From a virus (Duplodnaviria > Caudoviricetes): a DNA stretch of 40,391 bases. The stretch covers positions 1-40,391 of IMG/VR virus record IMGVR_UViG_3300025875_000061, one strand, 5' to 3'. The position numbers and the translations under genes were made by a program. Each line of letters starts with the position of its first letter. Positions within the stretch are counted from its first letter, which is position 1. Positions 8,956-17,436 of this stretch are shown one piece after another. The notes under the pieces were generated by a model that worked only from the letters and a program-made list of their open reading frames with translations, ran no database searches and was not told the origin of the DNA.

Positions 8956-9903
8956 TCAGGCGGCGGAGACCCGCACGTTGCGCAGCACCGCGGCGGACTT
9001 GGTGGCCTTGACGGCGACCGCCACCGGCCCCATCTCCACCTCGCCGGTCTTCACCGCACCGGGGGTGGTGAAGTCCGGCAGCCACGTCTGCACCAGCGGA
9101 GCACCGGCCATCGACACGCCGTGCACCCCGTCCAGGCCCAACCGGACCGCGTACAGGTCCGTGGTGCCGGCGGTGACCGGGATGACGTCGGTGTTGCTGT
9201 TGGCCTTCTGCCCGGCGTCGACCAGGCGGATGCCGGCGTAGGTCTCGATCTGCGACCCGGCGGCGCCCGGGGACCGGTCGTAGTAGCCGGCGCGGCGCGC
9301 GGCCGAGCGGATCTTCGCCAGCAGGCGGCGGTTGGAGATGATCGCGCCCGCACCACCGTCGAGGGTGGACAGGAACTCGTCGAGCACGTCGATGACGTCC
9401 TGCGACCCGGCCTCGTCCAGCGCCGACCAGTCGTAGGCGGCGCCGTCGATCTCCGTGGACGAGCCGGTGAGGATGGCGTCCAGGCCGTCGAAGCCGTTGG
9501 CGTTGACGTCGGAGTCGCCGTTGATGAACTGGTCGCCGAAGAAGGTGCGGGCGGCCTTCACCTTCTGGCCCATGTTGAGGGCGACGGCGCCGGTCGCGGC
9601 CGGCCCGACACGGCCGATGACGCGGTCGACCTGGAACGACCCGCCGAGCGGCTTGAGGTCCACGGTCGCCGGGGCCGTGGTGACCTCGGTGGGCGTATAC
9701 TCGGAGTTGAGGGCGCGGAACGCGGCGGTGCCGCCGGTGACGAGCCGCCGGTAGCCGTAGGTGAGGGTGCCGCCACCGTTGGGGGAGACGGCGTCCTCGA
9801 AGGTGAGGAGGTCGAGCAGCGGGTTGCCGCGGAATTCGTCGATGACGGCGTAGTCCATGGCGGTCGCGGCGTTCTTCTGCGCCTCGACGAGGGTGACGGG
9901 CAT
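8956..9903 (-). CDS. Major capsid protein
   Basis: 315 aa; FRALNSEY, LKPLGGSFQVDRV, FINGD...FDGL motifs; follows the scaffold gene. Confidence 0.92.
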   Translation of the reverse strand: MPVTLVEAQKNAATAMDYAVIDEFRGNPLLDLLTFEDAVSPNGGGTLTYGYRRLVTGGTAAFRALNSEYTPTEVTTAPATVDLKPLGGSFQVDRVIGRVGPAATGAVALNMGQKVKAARTFFGDQFINGDSDVNANGFDGLDAILTGSSTEIDGAAYDWSALDEAGSQDVIDVLDEFLSTLDGGAGAIISNRRLLAKIRSAARRAGYYDRSPGAAGSQIETYAGIRLVDAGQKANSNTDVIPVTAGTTDLYAVRLGLDGVHGVSMAGAPLVQTWLPDFTTPGAVKTGEVEMGPVAVAVKATKSAAVLRNVRVSAA

Positions 9904-9918
9904 GTTGTGCTCCTGGGG

Positions 9919-10569
9919 TCAGCTGGTGCCGGCGTACGCCTGGGCGGCGGCGTCGGAGAGGGACGTGGGGGTGCGGAAGGCGCGGACTGGCTCACCGGAT
10001 CCGCCGGTGTGGTCCGCTCCGCTCGCGCCCGGCGCCCGGCCGGCCTTGAGCTTGGGGTTCGCGTCGATGGTGGTCTTGATGGCGCTGTCGACCTGGGCGG
10101 CGAAGTCGGCGGCAGCGGGGTCGAGTTTGGCGACCTTCGCGGCGAAGGACCGGGAGTCGAGGAGGGCTTCGGGGTCGCCGGAGTGCTTGGCGGCGGTGCG
10201 GTACACGGCGAGCTCGACGGCGGTCTGCCGCTGCGCCTGCTGGGCGGCGGTGAGCTGCTCGGTGAGCTTGGCCGGGTCGGGGGTCTCGTCGGGGAGCTGA
10301 ACGCCGGCGGCCTTGGCGATGGCGAGGAGCATGTCCTGCTGCTTCTGCTCGGCGGCCGACAGTGCGGTGCGCCGGTTGCCGTTCTCGGAGCGGAGGTCGC
10401 GGATCATCTTCTGCACGTCAGGGTGCAGGGACTCGACCTTGCCGTCCCACTGCTGCGTGGCGTCGGGCGTCACCTGGACGGTCGTCTCGCCGACGGTGGT
10501 GACGACGGGAGCGGTCTGGTCGCCCGCCGCGGTGGTGCTGGTGCCGGTGTCGCCGGTGGGTGCGGTCAC
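9919..10569 (-). CDS. Scaffolding protein
   Basis: Low-complexity N-terminus, coiled coil, DPEALLDSRSF; GGAGG 7 nt before GTG 10569. Confidence 0.85.
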   Translation of the reverse strand: MTAPTGDTGTSTTAAGDQTAPVVTTVGETTVQVTPDATQQWDGKVESLHPDVQKMIRDLRSENGNRRTALSAAEQKQQDMLLAIAKAAGVQLPDETPDPAKLTEQLTAAQQAQRQTAVELAVYRTAAKHSGDPEALLDSRSFAAKVAKLDPAAADFAAQVDSAIKTTIDANPKLKAGRAPGASGADHTGGSGEPVRAFRTPTSLSDAAAQAYAGTS

Positions 10570-10628
10570 GTGCAAGCCTCCAGGGCCTGTCGGGGTGGTG
10601 GTGCCAGCCCCGACGCCTGGTCGGGGAG

Positions 10629-11738
10629 CTATCGGGCGCCGAGCCCTTCGCGGGTCGGCTGCCGCTTCGCGGGGCTGCTCGCGACGTGCTCGCGGATGGC
10701 GGCCTGCGCCGCGCGCACCCTGGAGCGGGCCGCCTTCCGGGCCGTCTCGTCCAGCGCCGCAGCCTCCAGCCGCTTCGCCGCCCGCACACGTCGCTCAAGC
10801 GCCCGCAGCCGCTGCCTGGCCTTGTCGCCCTCGGGGTCCGCGGTCGCGGTCGGCGGGCGGGTCACACCAGGCAGGTACGCGGAGTGCGAGTGCCGGCAGC
10901 CCGGGTGGTACAGACCAGCCGCACGTGCCGCCGCGAGCGTGCCCGCGACAGCGATTCGCACCGTTTTGCCGTCCTGGGTGGCGTGCTGCAGCGAGATCGC
11001 ACCCACCGTCGTCCCCGACAGGGACAACACCTTGCCCTCCCACGGGCGGCAGATGACGCACTCCTGCGGGGCGTCGGAGACGACGATCAGGTCGTAGCCG
11101 GCCGTCGCCAGCCGCTCCGAGTGGGCGTCGACTGCGGCGTGCGCTGTGGCGGTGCGCAGCGCCATCTCCACGTACGACGACATGTCCCAGCCGCGGCCGG
11201 CCGTGTCCACGAACCCGGTGATGCCGCGCTGCGCGAACCGGTTCAGCGCCTCCTGAGCGGCCTCACGGCGGGTCTCCGCACCCAGCAGCACCCGCGGGGC
11301 CACGTCGGCAATCACCTGCCGGTACGCGTCCTCCGTGGCACGCAGGATCCGTGGATGCGTCGCCGTGATCCGGGTGACCGCCTCGGTGACGAGCCGAACC
11401 ACAGCTTCACCACCGGGCAGGGCTCCCAGCAGATCGTCCGGTGCGATCGCCAGCGCCGCAGACAGTTCGGCGACGGCAGCCGCGGTCCCACGGTTCGCCG
11501 CGGTCGCGACCGCCTCGTTCACCGTGCGCTGCGTTGTGCGCTGCAACTCCAGCAGCAGGGCCTGTGCCTGCCGGCGGAACGCTTGCACCTCGAACAGCTG
11601 TCGCTCAGCCCAGTTCGGTGCCTCCAGGCTCCGTTCCAGGGCGGCGGCGATGCGCTCCAGCAGCGCCCGTTCCGCTTCGAGGTAGGCGGTGACGGTGGCT
11701 GCAGCTAGGCCCTCAGCGAGGGTGGGGGAGACGGGCAC
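10629..11738 (-). CDS. Minor capsid protein (MuF-like / phage minor capsid 2)
   Basis: GITGFVDTAGRGW..SYVEMALRT, ECVICRPWEG, GLYHPGCRH motifs; follows portal. Confidence 0.87.
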   Translation of the reverse strand: MPVSPTLAEGLAAATVTAYLEAERALLERIAAALERSLEAPNWAERQLFEVQAFRRQAQALLLELQRTTQRTVNEAVATAANRGTAAAVAELSAALAIAPDDLLGALPGGEAVVRLVTEAVTRITATHPRILRATEDAYRQVIADVAPRVLLGAETRREAAQEALNRFAQRGITGFVDTAGRGWDMSSYVEMALRTATAHAAVDAHSERLATAGYDLIVVSDAPQECVICRPWEGKVLSLSGTTVGAISLQHATQDGKTVRIAVAGTLAAARAAGLYHPGCRHSHSAYLPGVTRPPTATADPEGDKARQRLRALERRVRAAKRLEAAALDETARKAARSRVRAAQAAIREHVASSPAKRQPTREGLGAR

Positions 11739-11759
11739 GTGGCTCGCCCCCTGCGTCGG

Positions 11760-13310
11760 TCACGCGCCGGACGGTACTTGCTCACCGTCACCGATGGGGT
11801 CGGGGACGGCCATGCCGTCTTCGGCGAGGATCCGCGCCGCCTCCTGCTGCACCTGTGTGTCATCCCAGTCCGGGTGGACGAGAGCAACGCGCACTCGAGT
11901 CGAGGCCGCACGTGCCGCGCCAAGCGCTTGCGCGGTCTGCGCCAGCTGCAGCGGCGACTCCTGGTCGGTGTCGGGGAACGCCACCGCCAGGCCGTCGACA
12001 GTGTTGCCCTTGCCGAACACGGCGTTGTCGACGAGGAGCAGCTTCGTCATCACCTGCTGCACCCCGGGCCGCCAGTTGCGGATCTTTCGGTCCCGGGTGC
12101 GATCGGAGCGCTTGTCCCGCGAGTCGACCTCGGTGGCGGTGCGCGCACCGCCGTTCGGGTCTTCCCCGAAAGTCTGCGCCGAGTAGCCAGCCGACCGCAG
12201 GATCACCTCGGTGAGTTCCTGCGCGGCGCGGAGGTGCTGGTCAACGCGGATGTCGAACTGCACCTTCTCGATCGGCAGACCGCCGTCACGCACCCCGGCG
12301 AGGGTGTTGACCGGCGCGAACAGCTCCTGGTCCATGTCGAACGACGCCCCGTTCCCGGGCCCGTTGTTCTCCAACAGCGACCGGGCGACGATCACCCGCG
12401 CCTTGCCGAGGCGGATGTCGCGCTGCAGCGACGAGTACGTCTCGTCCAAGGCGTCCATGAGCGGTTCGATGCCGTCGAGGTCCGACCGGCCGTAGTTGAC
12501 GCCGATCGGATGCTGTCGCCACACCCGCTGCGGGGTCTGGTTGGGCACGTACACGACGGCGAGGCCGGGGGAGCCGGTGTCGATCGCACCATCAGCGTCG
12601 ACCAGCTCAGCCAGTCCCGCGGTGGAGGGGTGATCGGTGAGCGGCACCGGCCGGCCGAGCTCGGAGCCAGTGCCCTGGTACAGGCCATGGAGGATGACGC
12701 CGGTGCCGTTGCGGATCTCGTGCCGCTCCAGGTGTCGCAGCACCACGCCGTTGTCGTCGGCGAGCTTCCACCAGAACGTGACGGCGGCCAGGCGTTCCCA
12801 CCGGAACTCCGGGACAGCATGGTCGGCGTCCAGGGCGGTGAGGAACGGGCGGCCGGGGACGGTCGCCTCATCCCAGGAGATGCGCAGGTATGCCCCACCG
12901 AGCGCGGAGCCGATCTCGTGGGCGCCGGCGAGCTTGCCGTGCAGCCCATCGTCGACCAGTTCGCCGATGCGGTTCTGCGTGCCCGTGTTGGTGACGGTGA
13001 TCGACGGGGGTTCGGCGAACAGTAGGTCGGCGCTGGCCTGGCACAGGTCCGCGGCGATCGGCACGTGCAGCTGATCCCGACGCTGCGTCAAGTCACCGAC
13101 CGGGCGGCCCCAGAACGCGCGCGCAGCGACGCCCTGGATCCCGCCGCGGTACTGCGCCGGACGGTCGAGCAGTGGGCCTTGCGCGCGCCCGTAGGCGGCC
13201 TGGAGTGCCTCCGGGGTCCCCGCGTACCAGGCGGACCAGCGGGAAAGCGGCGCGAGGATGCCGTCGAGCTGCTTCGGGGGCCACGGCTGGCTCGTCTCGG
13301 GGAGGGGCAC
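11760..13310 (-). CDS. Portal protein (SPP1 Gp6-like)
   Basis: 516 aa; HVPIAADLCQASADLLF, YVPN, GRSD, ARTATEV motifs. Confidence 0.92.
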   Translation of the reverse strand: MPLPETSQPWPPKQLDGILAPLSRWSAWYAGTPEALQAAYGRAQGPLLDRPAQYRGGIQGVAARAFWGRPVGDLTQRRDQLHVPIAADLCQASADLLFAEPPSITVTNTGTQNRIGELVDDGLHGKLAGAHEIGSALGGAYLRISWDEATVPGRPFLTALDADHAVPEFRWERLAAVTFWWKLADDNGVVLRHLERHEIRNGTGVILHGLYQGTGSELGRPVPLTDHPSTAGLAELVDADGAIDTGSPGLAVVYVPNQTPQRVWRQHPIGVNYGRSDLDGIEPLMDALDETYSSLQRDIRLGKARVIVARSLLENNGPGNGASFDMDQELFAPVNTLAGVRDGGLPIEKVQFDIRVDQHLRAAQELTEVILRSAGYSAQTFGEDPNGGARTATEVDSRDKRSDRTRDRKIRNWRPGVQQVMTKLLLVDNAVFGKGNTVDGLAVAFPDTDQESPLQLAQTAQALGAARAASTRVRVALVHPDWDDTQVQQEAARILAEDGMAVPDPIGDGEQVPSGA

Positions 13311-13322
13311 GCCGGCGCCTCC

Positions 13323-13484
13323 TCAGCTGCGGGTCAGAAGGTTCCGTCGGTCGAGGAGGGTGTCGCAGCGTCGCCGCCAGATGTCGCGCCACAGGTCGTC
13401 GCGGGAGTGCCGCAGGGCGTGGGCGAGTTCCCGCAACTCGGCGTCGGTGGTCTCGAGCGGGCTGCGGGTGCGGGTGTCGCTCAC
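13323..13484 (-). CDS. Hypothetical protein (53 aa)
   Basis: GTGA overlap with the upstream ORF; MSDTRTRSPLETTDAELRELAHA... Confidence 0.55.
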   Translation of the reverse strand: MSDTRTRSPLETTDAELRELAHALRHSRDDLWRDIWRRRCDTLLDRRNLLTRS

Positions 13485-13615
13485 GACAAGTCCTCGTCAC
13501 GCCGCCACTGCTGCCGTTCGTCACGCTTCCAGCGGCGCTTGGGCTTGCTGCGGGTACAGCATCCGCAGGTCAGGTCGCTTTGGTTGGCGAGGCGGCCGAG
13601 CAGCTTCCCAGTCAT
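13481..13615 (-). CDS. Small basic CGCC protein (44 aa)
   Basis: ATGA overlap with the terminase stop, GGAGG RBS; MTGKLLGRLANQSDLTCGCC... Confidence 0.55.
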   Translation of the reverse strand: MTGKLLGRLANQSDLTCGCCTRSKPKRRWKRDERQQWRRDEDLS

Positions 13616-14886
13616 GCCGCCTCCAGGACGGGTTCGGCGAGCTGCCCCCGCCACAGTGACTCGGTGGTGGTCACCGCGTACCGGAGGGCGTCGCTGGCGT
13701 GGTCGTTGACCTTGACCGGCTTGTCCTCGCCCTTCTGGGCGGCCTTGTCGTCCCACACGTAGGACGGGATCTCCTCGATCAGGTGCTTGCACCGGTCGGA
13801 CACCTTGAGCTGGCCGGTGCCGAGCAGCGACGCCACCGTGGAGATGCCGTACACCACCGAGTTGTCCGCGTCGGTCACGTTGTGCACCCGGTCGTGGAAC
13901 AGCTGCACCTTGAACGCGGCGGCGGCCGGGTCGAGGATCAGCCACTCGACCGGCGGGTGAGCGGCGAGCCAGGCACGCAGGGACTCCGACTGCTGCTCCA
14001 CCGTCAGGCGCGCATCGGACGACGGCGGCTTGACCCACCACTCGTCGATCGCGTACAGCCGGCGGTCAGCACCCAGGCCCAGCAGGATCCCCGCCGAGGC
14101 GTTCGTGGTGCCGTGGTCGACGCCCACAGCGAGGAGCCGGCGCATGGGCGGCAATAGCTCGTGCGGGACGACGTGTCGGTCGGGGTCCCACTGGTCGTAG
14201 ATAGAGCCCTCGGCAGCGACCCACTCGGCGTTGATGTACCGCCGGTACCAGAGCCCGGTGTACGCGGCCTTGGTGCGGGTGACGTAGTCGGCGGGCAGGT
14301 TCGGGTTGTCGTCCAGGCGGAAGGTGACCCGGTGCAGGTCGATCCCGTCGGGGTTGACCCGCTCGTTGCCCTCGCCGTCGACCCACAGGCGCGCTCGGTC
14401 CAGCCACTTCACCTTGAGCCAGTGCACGGGGCCCTCGGGGTTGGAGCTGAGCCACATGCGCGCGCCCGGCACAGAGAGCCGGGAGTACAGCATGTTGAAG
14501 TAGGACTCGGGGAGCGTGGACGCCTCGTCGGCGTAGGCGCCGGCCAGCGTCAGGCCCTGAATCTTGGTGCGGGCCGCTTCGTTGTTCGCGCCGATGAGCA
14601 GCACCGGGCGGCCGAGGATGTCCACGGTCGAGGTGCCGCGGTTGAGGCGAACTCGCTGCGTTCCGAGGAGTTCTTGCAGCGGCAGGATCAGGTTGTTGAC
14701 GATGGTCCGCTCGGTGCGGCCGGTCATCAGTAGCAGACCGGGCGGGCCCTGCCGGCAGTACTTCACCCACTCCAGCAGGCTGGTGAACGTCTTGCCGGAG
14801 CGGACGCTGCCCTCGTAGGCGTTGATGGAGGCTGGGGGCAGCTGGGCGGCCCTGAGCGCCTTGCCGGTGAAGGGGCGTGCGTCCAC
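13612..14886 (-). CDS. terL: Terminase large subunit (PBSX-like)
   Basis: Walker A EGSVRSGKT, Walker B AYADE, SSNP, nuclease motifs GVDHG and NDHASDALRY. Confidence 0.95.
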   Translation of the reverse strand: MDARPFTGKALRAAQLPPASINAYEGSVRSGKTFTSLLEWVKYCRQGPPGLLLMTGRTERTIVNNLILPLQELLGTQRVRLNRGTSTVDILGRPVLLIGANNEAARTKIQGLTLAGAYADEASTLPESYFNMLYSRLSVPGARMWLSSNPEGPVHWLKVKWLDRARLWVDGEGNERVNPDGIDLHRVTFRLDDNPNLPADYVTRTKAAYTGLWYRRYINAEWVAAEGSIYDQWDPDRHVVPHELLPPMRRLLAVGVDHGTTNASAGILLGLGADRRLYAIDEWWVKPPSSDARLTVEQQSESLRAWLAAHPPVEWLILDPAAAAFKVQLFHDRVHNVTDADNSVVYGISTVASLLGTGQLKVSDRCKHLIEEIPSYVWDDKAAQKGEDKPVKVNDHASDALRYAVTTTESLWRGQLAEPVLEAA

Positions 14887-14894
14887 GGCTCACC

Positions 14895-15386
14895 TCATCC
14901 GGTACCGCCGGTCATCGCCTCGATCCAGGCGTCCACCGCCGGGAGGTCGGTGGCGGTCACGGCGTCGACGTTCTCCAGGTCGACGGCGCGCTGCATGGCG
15001 ATCGACGCGGACTGCATCAGATTGCGGATGTCTGCGGTGGGTGGCCGGTCGACCTGACGCTCCTCGTAACTGTTGTCCTTGCCGCCGAAGTTGAACACCA
15101 GGTGCGGCTGAACGATCTGCTCGAGGAGCTCTTCGGCCCGGTCGTACAGGGTGCCGATGAGGCGCGCGCGCCGCAGCTTGTTGTCCGCGACGACGGCCTG
15201 CGCTGCCTTCGCGGTGCGGCTGCGGTCGAACGAGATCCCGAGCTGGGCGGCGTGGTCATTAACGGTGGACTTCGACCGGCCCATGTCGGTGGCGATCGCG
15301 TGCAGCGACTTGCCGGCGGCGTGGAGTTCGGTGAGCTTGGCGTCTTCGTCGGCGGTCCACGGGTTGGAGTGCTGGTTGGCGCCCAT
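14895..15386 (-). CDS. Terminase small subunit with N-terminal HTH
   Basis: WTADED...SLHAIATDMGRSKSTV HTH; immediately upstream of terL. Confidence 0.75.
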   Translation of the reverse strand: MGANQHSNPWTADEDAKLTELHAAGKSLHAIATDMGRSKSTVNDHAAQLGISFDRSRTAKAAQAVVADNKLRRARLIGTLYDRAEELLEQIVQPHLVFNFGGKDNSYEERQVDRPPTADIRNLMQSASIAMQRAVDLENVDAVTATDLPAVDAWIEAMTGGTG

Positions 15387-15395
15387 GCCGTTCAC

Positions 15396-15811
15396 CGCCT
15401 GTGGTTCATCGTTCGGGCGCCTGGCCCGTCGGATGGTGGTGCTCGCTCCGCCAGCCCTTCCCCGACCGGCGGAGCGAGGTGAGTGAGTGGCCGGTCAGGC
15501 CGCTGTGCCAGTGCAGTTGGCCCGATGGTCTGAGCCACCAGGGGCGCTGCACCGTTCCGCCTAGCTTGGCCGCGCTCCGGGTGCGGCACCTGACCGGCCT
15601 GTTCAGTTGTCCGGCCGCTGGGGGTCCGGTTGTGCCGACCGCTCGGTCGGCGTCGCTCCCGACCCGCGCAGGGGTGGGACGTAGGGGCCGCGGTGCCCCG
15701 ACAGGCGCCCGCGGCCGTTGCTACCTCGGCAGGCCCGCTCCGGTAGCTGGTGCCTCGCCCCGAATCGTGGGGGGCACCGTGACCCGGGTCGCCGTAGCGG
15801 TGTCCGGGGTC
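15396..15811 (-). ncRNA. Candidate long structured leader/ncRNA upstream of the terminase operon
   Basis: About 415 nt without a credible CDS, tiled by inverted repeats (15781-15811, 15749-15778, 15720-15747, 15686-15716, 15634-15651, 15489-15599, 15442-15478, 15414-15428). Confidence 0.6.
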
Positions 15812-16399
15812 CTACGCCGCCAGGTCGGCGGCAGTCAGTGGCTGCTCGCGCAGCGTGTTGATGTGCTCGATCAGCGCGGGCGAGGGATGAAACCACTCCG
15901 CGCGCGCCGCAAGGTCGTCGCGAAACTGTCGGTGGCGCTGCTTCTCGACGTCGTAGCTGCCGGGCTCGGTGGCCAGCAGAACCGCGTCGGGCGGGTAGGA
16001 CCGCAGCCGATCGTCGAGTGTGATCGACGTGCCGATCTTGACCAGCTTGCCGACCCGCAGGTAGTACACCTGCGCGTCCTGGGGCCCGCGCGGGATATGC
16101 GCCCATCGGTGAGCGCTGGACCTGGGCGGCTCAAACGGCGTCAGGCTCGCCTCGTATGCGTGGTCGCTGCGCCCCTTTTCGATCGCTTTGGCGACCAAGT
16201 CGGGGTGCTCGTGAACATCGAGCCTGTAGCGCATGGTCAAGTCGGCCAAGGCCATGATGATCCGGTGGCGCGCAGGGTCGTCGCGAGCTACGCCGAACTC
16301 GCGTTCCATCAGGTCCGGGGTGTGCTGCGGCTCCGACTCGTCCGGGAGCTTGACCGGGAATCTCGCGCCCATCGGGCTGCCGCTGCTACCGTGCGCCAT
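15812..16399 (-). CDS. T5orf172/MUG113-domain (GIY-YIG superfamily) protein
   Basis: VYYLRVGKLVKIGTS...RL...EPG...EKQRHRQF...EWF signature. Confidence 0.85.
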   Translation of the reverse strand: MAHGSSGSPMGARFPVKLPDESEPQHTPDLMEREFGVARDDPARHRIIMALADLTMRYRLDVHEHPDLVAKAIEKGRSDHAYEASLTPFEPPRSSAHRWAHIPRGPQDAQVYYLRVGKLVKIGTSITLDDRLRSYPPDAVLLATEPGSYDVEKQRHRQFRDDLAARAEWFHPSPALIEHINTLREQPLTAADLAA

Positions 16400-16502
16400 G
16401 TCGACCTCTCACCAGGTTGGCCATGCCCCGGGCCTGTTACCAGCAGGCGCCGGGGTCTCGCGTCGGACGGGCGCCCTCGGGCACAGCTGTCCTAGCAGCT
16501 CT

Positions 16503-16532
16503 ATGGTCCCGGATTGGCCATCAGGCTGTCAA
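16503..16532 (-). promoter_or_regulatory. SigA-type promoter, probable late/GIY-YIG promoter
   Basis: TTGACA-N18-GACCAT in the gap after the last early gene. Confidence 0.6.
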
Positions 16533-16557
16533 GCTGTGATCACTGCTTGTCGTGAAG

Positions 16558-16800
16558 CTAGTCGCTGGCCTTGCGCTGCGACTGTCGCTCGGGCACCTGG
16601 GCGAGCACCTTGTCGACGTCATCGAAAGCCACCAGCAGGCAGCCCGTGGGGACATGGCAGGCCACGACGGGGACGCGCTTGCGGATGAGGTCTGGGTGCC
16701 GGCCGGTCAGCTTCGCCACCACCTGACGCGAGGCGATCCAGCGCCCGCTGTCGTCCTGTACCGGCTCGGGGTGAGGCAGCAGCGCCCGGCCGCGCCTCAC
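16558..16800 (-). CDS. Small HTH-like DNA-binding protein
   Basis: ASRQVVAKLTGRHPDLIRKR followed by a beta wing; last early gene. Confidence 0.6.
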   Translation of the reverse strand: MRRGRALLPHPEPVQDDSGRWIASRQVVAKLTGRHPDLIRKRVPVVACHVPTGCLLVAFDDVDKVLAQVPERQSQRKASD

Positions 16801-16982
16801 GCCTGGAACCCAAAGGTGACGATGGTCGCCGGGTCTCCGAAGTGGTCCGACCGCTCAGCTTGCCCGCCACCGTTGGCCTGCATCGTGGGGGCAGCCTCGG
16901 CTGTCGGCTCGTCGCGGCGCCGCCAGAGGTGTAGCTCGACGTCGAGGACGTCCCGGCCGCGCCAGTACAGGTTGAGCCTCAC
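16797..16982 (-). CDS. Hypothetical protein
   Basis: GTGA overlaps at both ends; GGAGG upstream. Confidence 0.55.
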   Translation of the reverse strand: MRLNLYWRGRDVLDVELHLWRRRDEPTAEAAPTMQANGGGQAERSDHFGDPATIVTFGFQA

Positions 16983-17092
16983 TTCGGCAGCCTCCACCGG
17001 TCGTCGGCCTTGCGGATGAGGAAGTCGGCGATCTCGAATAGCTCGGCGACCGCGGCCCGGACGAGGGCGACCGTCGCGCGCACGTCGATCAC
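16979..17092 (-). CDS. Hypothetical protein (37 aa)
   Basis: GGGAGG RBS; GTGA overlaps. Confidence 0.45.
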   Translation of the reverse strand: MIDVRATVALVRAAVAELFEIADFLIRKADDRWRLPK

Positions 17093-17436
17093 GCCTCCCA
17101 CCGTCGGACCGGGATGCCCGCCTGCTCTGCGATGCGCGCTGTCATGGACGCGCCCTTGCTGCCGTTCTTGATGAACGCGAGGCAGACGTCGGCGCCAAGA
17201 TCGACCATCTGCTGGTTGCGCAGAAAGCCGGCTCGCTTGCCGTGGCGGTTCCAGTCGGCGATCCACCCGCCGAACCGGGCGGCCACATCCGCGATCTTGT
17301 CCGCGCCGGTAGGGCAAGCCCCGTGCACCAGGACCGGTGCCGGGTCGCCGGGCGTAGCGGGGAAGTACGGCAGGAGCGCCTGCTCGATGATCCGGACGTC
17401 GGTCCAGTCGCGGGAGCCAGTCACCAGCACCCTCAC
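17089..17436 (-). CDS. SLOG-family protein (DUF2493/YspA-like)
   Basis: VLVTGSRDW, VHGACPTGAD, ADW...GKRAGFLRNQQM, AF...SKG motifs. Confidence 0.85.
   Translation of the reverse strand: MRVLVTGSRDWTDVRIIEQALLPYFPATPGDPAPVLVHGACPTGADKIADVAARFGGWIADWNRHGKRAGFLRNQQMVDLGADVCLAFIKNGSKGASMTARIAEQAGIPVRRWEA

Noticed and set aside
7262-9085. 607-aa minus-strand ORF
   Set aside because: Only the last 106 codons (stopper) look coding; the rest overlaps real genes in other frames.
8395-11097. 900-aa plus-strand ORF and other long antisense ORFs (e.g. 36487..38535, 31588..33072, 34989..36326)
   Set aside because: Shadow frames of high-GC genes on the opposite strand; no recognisable motifs.
13612-14886. 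Intein or intron in the terminase or other core genes; diversity-generating retroelement
   Set aside because: Core proteins are of normal length and uninterrupted; no reverse transcriptase is encoded.
15396-15811. tRNA, CRISPR array or known riboswitch in the structured region
   Set aside because: No T-loop/anticodon cloverleaf, no regularly spaced direct repeats, and no aptamer consensus I could recognise.
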